A model generated the notes under the pieces. It did not search any database. It had not been told where the DNA came from and was given only the letters and a program-made list of their open reading frames with translations. DNA of 64,000 nucleotides from a virus, in the IMG/VR virus record IMGVR_UViG_3300047440_000809, positions 1 through 64,000 of that record. One strand, given 5' to 3'. Position 1 is the stretch's first letter. Each line of letters opens with the position of its first letter. Both the position numbers and the translations under genes were made by a program. Positions 1 to 9,220 of this stretch are shown piece after piece.

Positions 1-42
1 GTTGGGGCCCATGAGAGGCCCGCAGACATAGACGAGCTTCAA
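1..42 (-). CDS. Partial ORF (runs off window), possibly DUF4406/nucleoside deoxyribosyltransferase-like
   Basis: TTG overlapping the tmk stop gives MKLVYVCGPLMGPN, similar to the VYIAGP N-terminus of that family; only 14 codons visible. Confidence 0.35.
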   Translation of the reverse strand, partial: MKLVYVCGPLMGPN

Positions 43-707
43 CCGAGCACCATGCTCACCGAGCACACCTCGCGCCAGATGCGCGCGTGCACCGTGGCTG
101 CATCGGGCCCCTCGCCGTCGATCGTCCTCCACCGCGCGTCGGTCACGCGCTCGCGCCAGAGCGCCTCGTACTCGGCGCGCACGACCTTCTGCTTCTCGCG
201 GTCCTTCTCGTACCGGTCACGCAGCACGGGCCTCCGGCGCAGCGTCTCCTCCTCCGACACGGTGAGGAGCAGGTAGAGGTCGGCCTCGGGCAGTGGCTCC
301 TGCACGCGCCGCAGCCAGTCGCGGCTGAGCCCGTCGGAGGCGCCGAAGGCTTGGGCGCTCGGCGTCCAGCGGTCGCAGATGATGTAGCGCCCGGCGCGCA
401 GGTGGGCTCTGATGTCGGTGGCGGCGTCCATCTTATCCGCGAGCATGACGGACTGGAACCAGAGGGGGTCTTCGTCGGCACGGATCAGCGGCAAGGTGTC
501 GACGTTTTGCCCGCGAATAAGCGATTGCACCACCGCCGTCTCCCCCATCAGGTGCCGCCGCAGTGTCTTGCCCACTTCCGTCTCGTAGCGCGGGAACGAG
601 TACACGACGGCCTCATGCCCGAGCCGGCTGATGCGCTCGGCGAGGAGCTTCGACTGCGTAGCCTTCCCCGCGGCGTCGGTGCCTTCGAGCGCGATGAGCG
701 TGCCCAT
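39..707 (-). CDS. tmk: Thymidylate (dTMP) kinase
   Basis: P-loop IALEGTDAAGKATQ, YSFPRY, ICDRW, PEADL motifs; ATG overlaps upstream TGA. Confidence 0.9.
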   Translation of the reverse strand: MGTLIALEGTDAAGKATQSKLLAERISRLGHEAVVYSFPRYETEVGKTLRRHLMGETAVVQSLIRGQNVDTLPLIRADEDPLWFQSVMLADKMDAATDIRAHLRAGRYIICDRWTPSAQAFGASDGLSRDWLRRVQEPLPEADLYLLLTVSEEETLRRRPVLRDRYEKDREKQKVVRAEYEALWRERVTDARWRTIDGEGPDAATVHARIWREVCSVSMVLG

Positions 708-973
708 CACTGAAGCTCGCCGGTCTGCACGTCGGGGGTCTTGAGCAGGTGCGGGTTCTCGCGGCGCCACTCGTCGACACGATCACGCATCGCGCGCACC
801 GCCTCGATCTGCGCCGGCTCGGCCCCGAGCCTCTCGCACTCCGCCTGGTAGAAGGCGAGCGTCGCCGGCACCGCGTTGTCCTTCGCCAGGAAGACCATCC
901 ACTGGTCCTGGGGGACGACCGAGCCGTCCTTGTTCTTGACCACTACACCATGGAACTTTCCGTCGAGCTTCAT
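707..973 (-). CDS. Hypothetical phage protein
   Basis: 88 aa, translationally coupled, FLAKDNAVPATLAFY motif. Confidence 0.7.
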   Translation of the reverse strand: MKLDGKFHGVVVKNKDGSVVPQDQWMVFLAKDNAVPATLAFYQAECERLGAEPAQIEAVRAMRDRVDEWRRENPHLLKTPDVQTGELQ

Positions 974-975
974 CG

Positions 976-1653
976 TCAGTCTCCTTTTCGGCCTATGACC
1001 GAATCGAACGTCCCGTCTGCTTCGTCCTCTTCCTCTTCACGCTCGAACCCCGGCGGCAGCTCGTACCCGCTGAGCGCGTCCACCGTGTCCGCCAACCGCC
1101 CGTCGAGCCGCTCCCCGCGAATGCGCCGCGACGCCTCCATGAGCTTGACCGTTCCGCGCTCCGTGGCATTCAGCTCACGCGAGATGTCGTTGACCACCTC
1201 CGTGAAATACGGCTTCTGTCCCTCTTGAAGGCCGCCGATCGTCTTGTGCACGAGGCAGTAGCGGCTTGGTGGCACGAAGCACGGAAGTCCTACGCCGCTA
1301 CCGGCGAGGTCGAGGATGAGCGCGCTCGCGGCGTCGCGGGAGAGCCCGTGCTTGACTGCGCCGGTACACCCGAGCGTGTTGATGTCGCCAGCTTTGCTGA
1401 TGCCGCATACGCGAAGCACCGCGCGCACCGCAGTCCGCGCCTCATCGTGGAGGCCGTTCCACATCTCGATGATCTCGGCGTCCGGGATGTCGGGGTACTG
1501 GGCCTTCAAGTCGCCGCACGTGGGCTTGCGCTCGCCGCAGAAGACCATCGTTTCGATCAGGCGATCTTCGGGCTGGATGAGCGGCGCGCGGGGGATTGGC
1601 TGTGGCGGTGGCGTGCGGCGGAACAGACGGCGGAAGAAGTCGAACAGACTCAT
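976..1653 (-). CDS. Hypothetical protein
   Basis: 225 aa in operon, typical codon use, acidic C-terminus. Confidence 0.7.
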   Translation of the reverse strand: MSLFDFFRRLFRRTPPPQPIPRAPLIQPEDRLIETMVFCGERKPTCGDLKAQYPDIPDAEIIEMWNGLHDEARTAVRAVLRVCGISKAGDINTLGCTGAVKHGLSRDAASALILDLAGSGVGLPCFVPPSRYCLVHKTIGGLQEGQKPYFTEVVNDISRELNATERGTVKLMEASRRIRGERLDGRLADTVDALSGYELPPGFEREEEEDEADGTFDSVIGRKGD

Positions 1654-2423
1654 GACGGGCTCCCTTTCATGTACGCGATGACCTTCTCTAGCTCTTCGAC
1701 CGTGCCGTCGCGCTTGAGTGCATTCGCCCGATGGCTAATCACACAGATGTTGTTGGGCACGTAGCCCTTGCCGATAACGACCTGATCAATAGACGGGCTG
1801 TTCGGCCCCAGGGTGCCTACTCCTCTAAAAAGCGGGATACCCAATACAGGACACGTTTCCGGGATGACAATATCAGCAGGTTTCAAGTCGAACGGGATAC
1901 CGCGTCTCTTCGCGCGCTGACGTGCGGAGTGCCACAGCGACAGTGTGTGCGACCTCCCGCCGTCAGGAAGGCTCAACCCGTGCTTGAACATGAGCGCACG
2001 TGTAACTTCGCGCCTCCGACAGCCACAGCTTGTCGACGCGCGTTTTCGCAAGGCGGTGCTGGAAACGTTGCGCGTGGTTCCACACGCACAGCGACACAGA
2101 TACATAGCGACAGACTTTATTTGGCCGCGGTGATCTCGTGGTCGCTCAGCGGCACGGGACAAAACCGTCCACCGATCGAACACCTTTCCGACTAGGTCAA
2201 AACGCTTGAGAAGACACTTGCGTCGGTAGCAACCACACGACGTACTCTTGCGATGAATGATATTCGACGCCAGCATTCGAACCGTGCTGCCACAGTCGCA
2301 GCGAAACAAGTACGTCATAGCGCCGCGCTCGCGCTTCGGTGCACCTAGACAAACCAGCCACCCGGAGCGCTCGCCCAAGCGAAATGGAGCCGGTGCTTCA
2401 GTGCTTATCGTCTCGTGTACCAT
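1650..2423 (-). CDS. HNH-type homing endonuclease
   Basis: Two CxCG...SCGC modules, ARQRAKRRGIPFDL, CPVLG, SIDQ...GYVPNNICVISHRANALK; lower GC than flanks. Confidence 0.8.
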   Translation of the reverse strand: MVHETISTEAPAPFRLGERSGWLVCLGAPKRERGAMTYLFRCDCGSTVRMLASNIIHRKSTSCGCYRRKCLLKRFDLVGKVFDRWTVLSRAAERPRDHRGQIKSVAMYLCRCACGTTRNVSSTALRKRASTSCGCRRREVTRALMFKHGLSLPDGGRSHTLSLWHSARQRAKRRGIPFDLKPADIVIPETCPVLGIPLFRGVGTLGPNSPSIDQVVIGKGYVPNNICVISHRANALKRDGTVEELEKVIAYMKGSPS

Positions 2424-3421
2424 GCCTGGCCACTTTCACCACTCCCACCTCTGTACGAACGCGGTTGGTCACGTGGGCGTATCGGCGCGTGGTCTATTCT
2501 CTCTGCCGTAGCGCGCCGTGCGCTTTCGATCGTCTTGTTTAGATAGCGCGGTCCTGCCTCCCTGTATTTCATGTTCGCGACGGGTTGCGTCTCGTATACC
2601 CAGTGCACCATGGAATCCGGCACACCCGCACGCACGAGCGCGCACACGACGACCCAGTCGGCCTCGGACCGCGTGACCTGCTTCTCCGAGTAGGCGTTCT
2701 TCTCACCCGTGTCGATGATGTCGAGCACGCCCGCGTCGAGCCGCCCGCGCAGCTCGAACCAGTCGACGGGCGGATCGACAGGGACCGGGATGCCGTCGAT
2801 CGGCTTGCGGGCGGGACCAGCACCCAGCTTGTCGAGCACGTCGTCGATCTGCTCGATGGTGTAGGCGCAGTCGGGGCGGGTCACCGCCGTTAGGTAGCAC
2901 CACCGCGGCGCCATCGCGTTCTTCCAGTTCAGTGACCCCGGCATCCGCGCAATGCGATTCAGGGAGTGCACGGCATCCGACTTCGTGAACTTGCACAGGC
3001 GCTCCCACACGAGCTTGGCCTTCTGCGGCTCGGTGGGCTCCGACAGCCGGATGTAGCGATGCTCGCCGCCACCCGACACTGCCGTCGCAGCCGCGTAGAT
3101 TCCTCGCATCGCCAGCACGCGGTCGACCTCAGCGGGATTCGTGCGCTCGTACTGGAGGTCGAGGAACAGCGCCGTCACGAATGGCACGTCGCGCTCGAAC
3201 GCGCTTGCGCAGCTCCGTGGGTTCACGTTCACGAAGACGTTCAGCCCGTTGAGCGCGGCGTCGATACCGCACTCGACCGCGACGTCGGCGCGCGTGAAGT
3301 ATTGCTTCATGATCTGACGGCCGCGCATCCCGGTCACCTCGATCAGCGCGCTCGCGCTCGGTGACGGGTGGAGCACAGCCATCAGCGGAGCGGCGTGGGC
3401 TCGTTGTTCGTCGAGCAGCAT
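2405..3421 (-). CDS. RepB-like (AEP) DNA primase with C-terminal helical domain
   Basis: FVNVNPR, LFLDL, SGGGEHRY, RIARMPGSLNWK, RSEADW motifs. Confidence 0.8.
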   Translation of the reverse strand: MLLDEQRAHAAPLMAVLHPSPSASALIEVTGMRGRQIMKQYFTRADVAVECGIDAALNGLNVFVNVNPRSCASAFERDVPFVTALFLDLQYERTNPAEVDRVLAMRGIYAAATAVSGGGEHRYIRLSEPTEPQKAKLVWERLCKFTKSDAVHSLNRIARMPGSLNWKNAMAPRWCYLTAVTRPDCAYTIEQIDDVLDKLGAGPARKPIDGIPVPVDPPVDWFELRGRLDAGVLDIIDTGEKNAYSEKQVTRSEADWVVVCALVRAGVPDSMVHWVYETQPVANMKYREAGPRYLNKTIESARRATAERIDHAPIRPRDQPRSYRGGSGESGQAWYTRR

Positions 3422-5055
3422 CAGACGTTCCCCTGGTAGACGGCCGTCATCGCGGAGCTTCGAGTGACTGCCGTGTATAGCCACCGCCGCCCGTCCTCCT
3501 CGTTCAGGCGAACCGACGGCTCCAAGATCACCAACACGAACGGCCACTGCCCGCCCTGTCCGGCGTGCGCCGTGTAGCAGTAGCCCCACTGCGCGTGCAC
3601 GTGCGGGCTGACGCTGTCTCCGGTGTAGAGCCTCTCAAGCCGCGCCCACTGCTGCGCCGCGATCTCGATGGCCTTCGGTCCGGACTCTAGCCGGCCGTGC
3701 AACTCTTCGATTGCCATCGTCGCGAGCGCCTTGCCACCGACCCGCACAGCGCCGAAGCGAGCAGTCTCACGGATGTCCTTGTAGTGGTCCCGGACCTGCT
3801 CCGGTTGTTCCGGCGGCACCGCCCATCCCTCGAAGTTGAACGTCTCGCCGTTCATCAGCCCGACGATGTAGTTGTTCTTCCGGCACAGCAGCGGCTCCCC
3901 GAGCTGCGGCATCTCGTCGTAGATGCCGAGCGCCTGCCGGATGCCGGCGTTCACGCGGAACCGCGTGACGTTCCGGTGGCAGATGGTGATGCCGCCCTGC
4001 TTGTAGACCGCGACGCACACCTCCGCGAGCTGCGTAGGATGGATCTGCGGCAGCTCGTTCAGTGCACGCCGACCCGCGCCGTTACGGATGGCCATCGACA
4101 CGCGAATGACCGGCGAGTCCTGCGCCTGCCGGAGCACCTCGGTCATCTCGATGCGCTCGGCGCCGAGCTGCTGCGCGAACGCCGGCGTCAGGATGGAGAA
4201 GGGCGGGGCGTTCGGCGCCTGGACGGGCGGGAGCTGGAAGCCGTCGCCGATGCAGACGAGCTTGACCTCGTGGTGCTCGGCGATCGACCGCACGTCCTCC
4301 CAGATGTCGGGCCCCACCATCGAGGCTTCGTCGAGCACGATGAGGCGTGACCGCGGCAGCTGCGCCTCGATCTCATCGGCGCTCTTCCGCACGAACTCGG
4401 TCAGGCCCGTCTTCTGGTCCTCGACCACCTTATATATGAGGCGGTGAATGGTCATCGCGTCGAGCCCGGTCAGCTCACGCACGCGCATCGCGGCGCGGCC
4501 TGTAGGCGTGATGACGATGGGCGGCCCGAACTCGTGCGCGAGGAAGAGGATACCGGCCGACTTGCCCACGCCGGCGAAGCCCACCCAGACCGTGACGGCG
4601 TACCCGCGCTTCTTCATCATGCGGCGCACGGCATCGATCGCCCGGTGCTGGTCGTCGGTGGGTTGGAAGGGCAGGGGCCGCACGGTGTCCGACGACATGA
4701 CCAGCGACAGCTGCGCCTCGGTGGGCGGGGGAGGCGGCTCCGGCGGCGGTGGCACGTCGACGGCAGCTGCACCCACCCGGCGCTCGATGCGCTTCGCGAG
4801 GTCGACGAATCCCAGCTCGTAGACGCGCGTGATGGCCGTCCGCAGCGCCTCGCCGCGGAGAGCCTCCTGGGCGATGGCGTGGATGTACTTGGCGGCCTCG
4901 ACGCGCTCGTCGGCGGTGAGCGTAGAGATCTTGCGGTAGCCATACTGCCCACGGCACGAGCTATCGAGCCCTGTCTGCGCGTCGGTGAGATCGCGTAGGC
5001 CCATCCCGCAGGCCGCACAGTTGGTCGAGGTGTTGGTGATGAGGGGGGCGGTCAT
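3421..5055 (-). CDS. RecD/Dda-like SF1B helicase with N-terminal Zn-finger
   Basis: GFAGVGKS, TPTGRAA, TIHRLIY, DEASMV, GDGFQLPPV, YTAVTRS; N-terminal CAACG...C. Confidence 0.9.
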   Translation of the reverse strand: MTAPLITNTSTNCAACGMGLRDLTDAQTGLDSSCRGQYGYRKISTLTADERVEAAKYIHAIAQEALRGEALRTAITRVYELGFVDLAKRIERRVGAAAVDVPPPPEPPPPPTEAQLSLVMSSDTVRPLPFQPTDDQHRAIDAVRRMMKKRGYAVTVWVGFAGVGKSAGILFLAHEFGPPIVITPTGRAAMRVRELTGLDAMTIHRLIYKVVEDQKTGLTEFVRKSADEIEAQLPRSRLIVLDEASMVGPDIWEDVRSIAEHHEVKLVCIGDGFQLPPVQAPNAPPFSILTPAFAQQLGAERIEMTEVLRQAQDSPVIRVSMAIRNGAGRRALNELPQIHPTQLAEVCVAVYKQGGITICHRNVTRFRVNAGIRQALGIYDEMPQLGEPLLCRKNNYIVGLMNGETFNFEGWAVPPEQPEQVRDHYKDIRETARFGAVRVGGKALATMAIEELHGRLESGPKAIEIAAQQWARLERLYTGDSVSPHVHAQWGYCYTAHAGQGGQWPFVLVILEPSVRLNEEDGRRWLYTAVTRSSAMTAVYQGNV

Positions 5056-5702
5056 GTCCTCCTCCACACCCGCGTCAGTGCCACGACGGCATGCTCCAGC
5101 GGCAACGCCCACGCCGACGGGGGCAGCGGTTCGGCGAACGCGTGCACGACGGGCGCACCGTACGGGGCGAGGATACGTGCGGGCACGTCCTCCTGGTTCG
5201 ACTTCGACACGACCGTGACCGCGAGTCCATCGACGTACGTGCCGTGGAAGACCCGCTTCGGGAAGAAGTATCCCCGCCCTTCGACGATCGTCTTCACCTG
5301 GCGCGTGAGGGTGTACCTCGTCGGGAGCGCCGTGACGTTGCCGTCGTTCATGCCGTGCCGATCGGCCGCGCGTGCATGAACGACCTCGTGGAGCTGCCAG
5401 TCACCCGTGCCGTCGGAGTGCGTGACAAGCTCGAACTCGGCCTGCTTGATCGTCCCCACCAGCACGCGGCTATAGAGGTCGAACCGGTGGTCGTGGAGGA
5501 GCCCGCTCTCCTCGATGCCGGCCCGGCGCAGCGACGGATGCCACACGTGCACGCGCAGCTCTTCGGTATCACCCTCGTGCAGGTAGGCTTGCAGCATCCC
5601 GAGGCCCGAGTGGCGCCAGTCGAGGTGAGGGATGAGCCGCGCGAGCGTGCCGGCCAAGACTCGATTGTCCGGGTGGCTGTGGAAGCCAATCTCGGTTCTC
5701 AC
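5052..5702 (-). CDS. Cupin-fold protein
   Basis: RVHVW...LHDHRFDLYSRVLVG...FHGT; GTG overlaps polymerase stop. Confidence 0.6.
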   Translation of the reverse strand: MRTEIGFHSHPDNRVLAGTLARLIPHLDWRHSGLGMLQAYLHEGDTEELRVHVWHPSLRRAGIEESGLLHDHRFDLYSRVLVGTIKQAEFELVTHSDGTGDWQLHEVVHARAADRHGMNDGNVTALPTRYTLTRQVKTIVEGRGYFFPKRVFHGTYVDGLAVTVVSKSNQEDVPARILAPYGAPVVHAFAEPLPPSAWALPLEHAVVALTRVWRRT

Positions 5703-8185
5703 GAGACGGCCTTCCACGACTCCGCCGCCTTCGCCTGCGCGGGGAACAACATCTTTCCGATCTTCTTCTGCATGACGGTCTCCACGATCCTCTTCACGTC
5801 TTCGGCCTCGCCGGCCGCGCACTCCACCACGAGCTGGTCGTGGCCGTTCACCACCAGCCCGCGGTGCCGCTCGAAGTCGAACGGGTAGGCGCGCACCAGC
5901 CCCTGGATGGCACCGTTCTGGAGATCGGCCGCCGCCCCCTGGATGGGGAAGTTCGCCATTTCCGTCGGGGACTCGCCCCCGATGAAGAAGCGCTTCCGCT
6001 TGTGGTACTCGGTCTCCATGTACCCACGGGCGCGCCAGCCGTAGATGCACTTCTTCTTCCACTCGACGATGGCCGGGTGCTGCTGCCACCAGATCGCGTA
6101 GACCCGCTCGACCATCTGGAGCGTGATGCCCGGGAAGAGCGGCTGGAGGTTGTCGTCGCGCATGAGCGACAACGTCTGGTAGATCTTGGGCGGCTCCGCG
6201 CCGTAGTTGAGCGCGTAGACGAACCGCTTGATGAAGTTGCGGACCTCGTCCGTCACCTGCTCGGGGGTGCAGCGGAACACGCCGCACGCGTTCGCCACGT
6301 GCACGTCGGGGCCCGTCTTGGCATCGAACGCGGCGAACGCGGCGATGAGCGGCTCGTCCCCGGCAAGGAGCGCGATCATCCGAAGCTCGACGGCGCTCAT
6401 GTCGGCCGCGACGAACACGTTGCCGGGCGCCGGGATGAACATCGCGCGCAGCTTCTTGGGGATGTTCTGGAGGTTGACTGGCGAGTTCGAGCCCCAGCGG
6501 CCGGCGGTCTTGCCTGGGCGCCACGTCGTGCGTAGCCGGCCATCCCAGTGCACAGGCGGCCCACCCTCGATGCGACCATCCTTGGCGTGCCCGGTGTTGG
6601 TGCCGAGGATCTTCTCCGCCTCGCGGTAGCCGATGAGCGCGTGGATAACCCTCTCGGCGCGCTCGTCCACGCCCAGGCTGAGGAGATCGAGCAGCGTGTT
6701 CTCGTCCGTGCTCGGCTCGTCCGAGTCGGTCATGTGCATTTCGAGCGGCGAGAGCCCGAGGTCTTCGTAGAGCAGCTTGCGCATCTGCGGGTACGACGCC
6801 GGGTTGACCGGGCGGCCTGCGACTTCGATGAACTCGGCGAGCAGCCGGTCGCTCTTCTGCTGATACTCCTCGGCGAACGCCAGCCGCTTGACGGGGTCGA
6901 TGTAGATGCCGAGCGTCGACATCGCCCGACCGATGCGGAACAGCTCAGCGTCTAGCGTGTAGATGTGCTGCTGGCTGGTGTTGATGAGGTTCTGCTCGGT
7001 GTAGGCCGTCGAGACGTGTGTGACCGCGATGTCGTAGGAGAGGTAGCGGTCGAGGATCGCGTCGTCCGGCACGTTCGAGTGCTTGACGTCGTCCTTCCAG
7101 TGCGGTGCGTCCGTGTACATCGAGCCGCAGAAGTCGAGCCCATGGGGCAGCTCGCTCGTCACGCCGACTTGATGCGCCACCATGCCGTCGTAGTGGACGG
7201 CGTCCGGGATGGTCATGCCGAAGCGGTGCAGGATGATCGAGTCGAACGCGATGCCGTTGTGCGTGTCGATGCGCGGCGCTCGCATGAAGTAGTCGCCAAT
7301 CACGCGCGCCTGGGCCTGCGCCTCGTCGGGGTGTAGCAGCGCATGACCCTTCACCGACAGCGGCGAGAAGATCATCACCTCCTTGTCGTCACCGACACCC
7401 ACGCGCCGCAGGTTGCACACCCAGCGGTCGATGCCGTCGGTCTCGACGTCGACCGCTACGCGCGGCCGCTGGACGGCAAGGAAGTTGGCCACCTCCACGG
7501 CGCTCTTCGGCACGAAGTACCGAGGGTCCTTCCACGTGTTGCCGCCGTAGGCGAGCCGCACCGCCTTGGTCACGTCGGCGTGGAACACCGGCCGGTACCG
7601 AGCGCCCTCGTCTCGAAGGACGAACGCCGCGTGGGGCGTGGCGAGCGCGCGCGGGCCGTTGGGGATCTGGAGCGGCGTACCCCGCACCTTCATGACGGTC
7701 TGGTTGATGCCGGCGGCGGTCACGCTCGCTCCGCCCATCAGGATCACGAAGCTCGCGCGAGCTATCTCCTGGCGCAGCCGCCCTGAGCAGCAGTCGATAG
7801 GCGAGGGCAGCCCCTTCTTCTTGCACTGCTGGAGGTACTTCTTCATATCGCCGCCGTCGGGCATGCAGGCGGACGCGTTCGTGAGTCCCACCCGCTCCAT
7901 CGGTGCGTGCGCTTGCTGTAGAGACTTCCGCAGCTCACGGCCGCTCGCGCCGATGAGCACCTTGCCCTCGCGCACCTCGTTGATGCCCGGCGCCTCGGCG
8001 ACGACCAGGATGTCGATGGGCCCAGGCGGGAGCGTCGGCGGCACGGGGCCCCGCTTGCAGCCGAGTAGCGGGCACCGCCAACACTCGGCCCCGCGGCTGA
8101 TGGCGTCGGCGTGGATTTGGACGTCGGGCGGGGCGACGCGGCCCGTGTAGGCTTCGATGCTGCCGGCGACGTCGCTGAGAGCCAC
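5699..8185 (-). CDS. polA: Family A DNA polymerase with N-terminal family-4 uracil-DNA glycosylase domain
   Basis: CWRCPL, VAEAPG, TNASAC, PHAAFVLR (UDG4); VDVETDG (exo); DMSAVELR, KRFVYALNYG, HDQLVVE (pol motifs A/B/C). Start uncertain; frame open to 8275. Confidence 0.92.
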   Translation of the reverse strand: MALSDVAGSIEAYTGRVAPPDVQIHADAISRGAECWRCPLLGCKRGPVPPTLPPGPIDILVVAEAPGINEVREGKVLIGASGRELRKSLQQAHAPMERVGLTNASACMPDGGDMKKYLQQCKKKGLPSPIDCCSGRLRQEIARASFVILMGGASVTAAGINQTVMKVRGTPLQIPNGPRALATPHAAFVLRDEGARYRPVFHADVTKAVRLAYGGNTWKDPRYFVPKSAVEVANFLAVQRPRVAVDVETDGIDRWVCNLRRVGVGDDKEVMIFSPLSVKGHALLHPDEAQAQARVIGDYFMRAPRIDTHNGIAFDSIILHRFGMTIPDAVHYDGMVAHQVGVTSELPHGLDFCGSMYTDAPHWKDDVKHSNVPDDAILDRYLSYDIAVTHVSTAYTEQNLINTSQQHIYTLDAELFRIGRAMSTLGIYIDPVKRLAFAEEYQQKSDRLLAEFIEVAGRPVNPASYPQMRKLLYEDLGLSPLEMHMTDSDEPSTDENTLLDLLSLGVDERAERVIHALIGYREAEKILGTNTGHAKDGRIEGGPPVHWDGRLRTTWRPGKTAGRWGSNSPVNLQNIPKKLRAMFIPAPGNVFVAADMSAVELRMIALLAGDEPLIAAFAAFDAKTGPDVHVANACGVFRCTPEQVTDEVRNFIKRFVYALNYGAEPPKIYQTLSLMRDDNLQPLFPGITLQMVERVYAIWWQQHPAIVEWKKKCIYGWRARGYMETEYHKRKRFFIGGESPTEMANFPIQGAAADLQNGAIQGLVRAYPFDFERHRGLVVNGHDQLVVECAAGEAEDVKRIVETVMQKKIGKMLFPAQAKAAESWKAVS

Positions 8186-8210
8186 GGCTGCGCGGAAGGC
8201 GTCATGGGAG

Positions 8211-8405
8211 TCAGGTTCCACTGTGGTCGGTCTCGATACGGTCGACGCTCGACGACGGCCAGAACACCGTTTCACCGTTTGTGAGTTCGACTACGAAGAT
8301 AGAACCAACGATCTTCACCTGCGTCACGAGCGCGTGCACGACCGGTGGCAGTTGAGCTTCGTCGCCCATGCTCTCCCACTGGGGCCTGTAGACCTTGACC
8401 TTCAT
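8211..8405 (-). CDS. Small hypothetical protein
   Basis: 64 aa in operon with RBS. Confidence 0.6.
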   Translation of the reverse strand: MKVKVYRPQWESMGDEAQLPPVVHALVTQVKIVGSIFVVELTNGETVFWPSSSVDRIETDHSGT

Positions 8406-9128
8406 TCACCCCTCCGTGAGCAACAACCGCTTCTGGTCGGCGGCGAATGTGACTCCGGTGAGCCCCAGATCGGTGCAGCGCGTGAACAGGTTCTTCGCCG
8501 CCGCCTGGTACTGTTCCCGCGAGATGCGCCCGCGCATCAGCAGGTAGCGGAAGAACAAGAACGCCTGCCGGGCGAGGTCGCACCCGCAGTAGCCTTTGAT
8601 CTTCTCGATCTCGCCCTTCGCGTAGAGCCCCGCGACCATCGATCCGTCGATGCCGTTCTTGCCGGCGAGCCCGATGACCTGCGTGAGGGCATCGAGGTTG
8701 TAGCCCGTCTTGCCGAGATACCCGTACTCGGTGAGCACGTCGAAGAGGTCGATATGCCGCGCCTCCGTGTACCTCTTGCGGTGCTCTTGCGTGTTGAAGT
8801 CCTGGGCCACGCCGTGCCTCAGCGCGCGCAGCGCCAGCAGGGGCAGGTCGAACGTGCGGCCGTTGAACGTCACGAGCGCGGCGTCCTGCGAAGCAAGCCA
8901 CTGTGACATGGACTGGATCAGCCCTGCCTCGTTGGGATCGGCCAGCACGCTCAGCCCCACGAGGTTGAGTGTGTCGTCGAACAGCGCCACGCCGATGACG
9001 ATGACCTTGCACGCGTAGAGCGGCGGCATCTGGTCTTCTGGCTTCTTCCTCGACCGGGGGTTCGCCTTCTCGACGCTCCACAGCTCCGGGTCAGGAACGG
9101 TCTCGATGTCCATCACGATGTAAGGCAC
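8406..9128 (-). CDS. PolB-like 3'-5' exonuclease (DnaQ fold)
   Basis: DIETVPD, TFNGRTFDLP, HIDL, YCGCD; AAGGAG RBS. Confidence 0.85.
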   Translation of the reverse strand: MPYIVMDIETVPDPELWSVEKANPRSRKKPEDQMPPLYACKVIVIGVALFDDTLNLVGLSVLADPNEAGLIQSMSQWLASQDAALVTFNGRTFDLPLLALRALRHGVAQDFNTQEHRKRYTEARHIDLFDVLTEYGYLGKTGYNLDALTQVIGLAGKNGIDGSMVAGLYAKGEIEKIKGYCGCDLARQAFLFFRYLLMRGRISREQYQAAAKNLFTRCTDLGLTGVTFAADQKRLLLTEG

Positions 9129-9145
9129 GGGGTCTCCTTAGTCGA

Positions 9146-9208
9146 CCCGAGAGCAGGCGCAGTGGCACAACGAGGTTGTACGCTTCGCGGCGTACGCCTG
9201 CCCTCGGG
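9146..9208 (-). other. Intergenic RNA secondary structure (16-bp stem enclosing two hairpins)
   Basis: CCCGAGGGCAGGCGTA pairs with TGCGCCTGCTCTCGGG on the minus strand. Confidence 0.55.
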
Positions 9209-9220
9209 ACGTTCAGTTGG

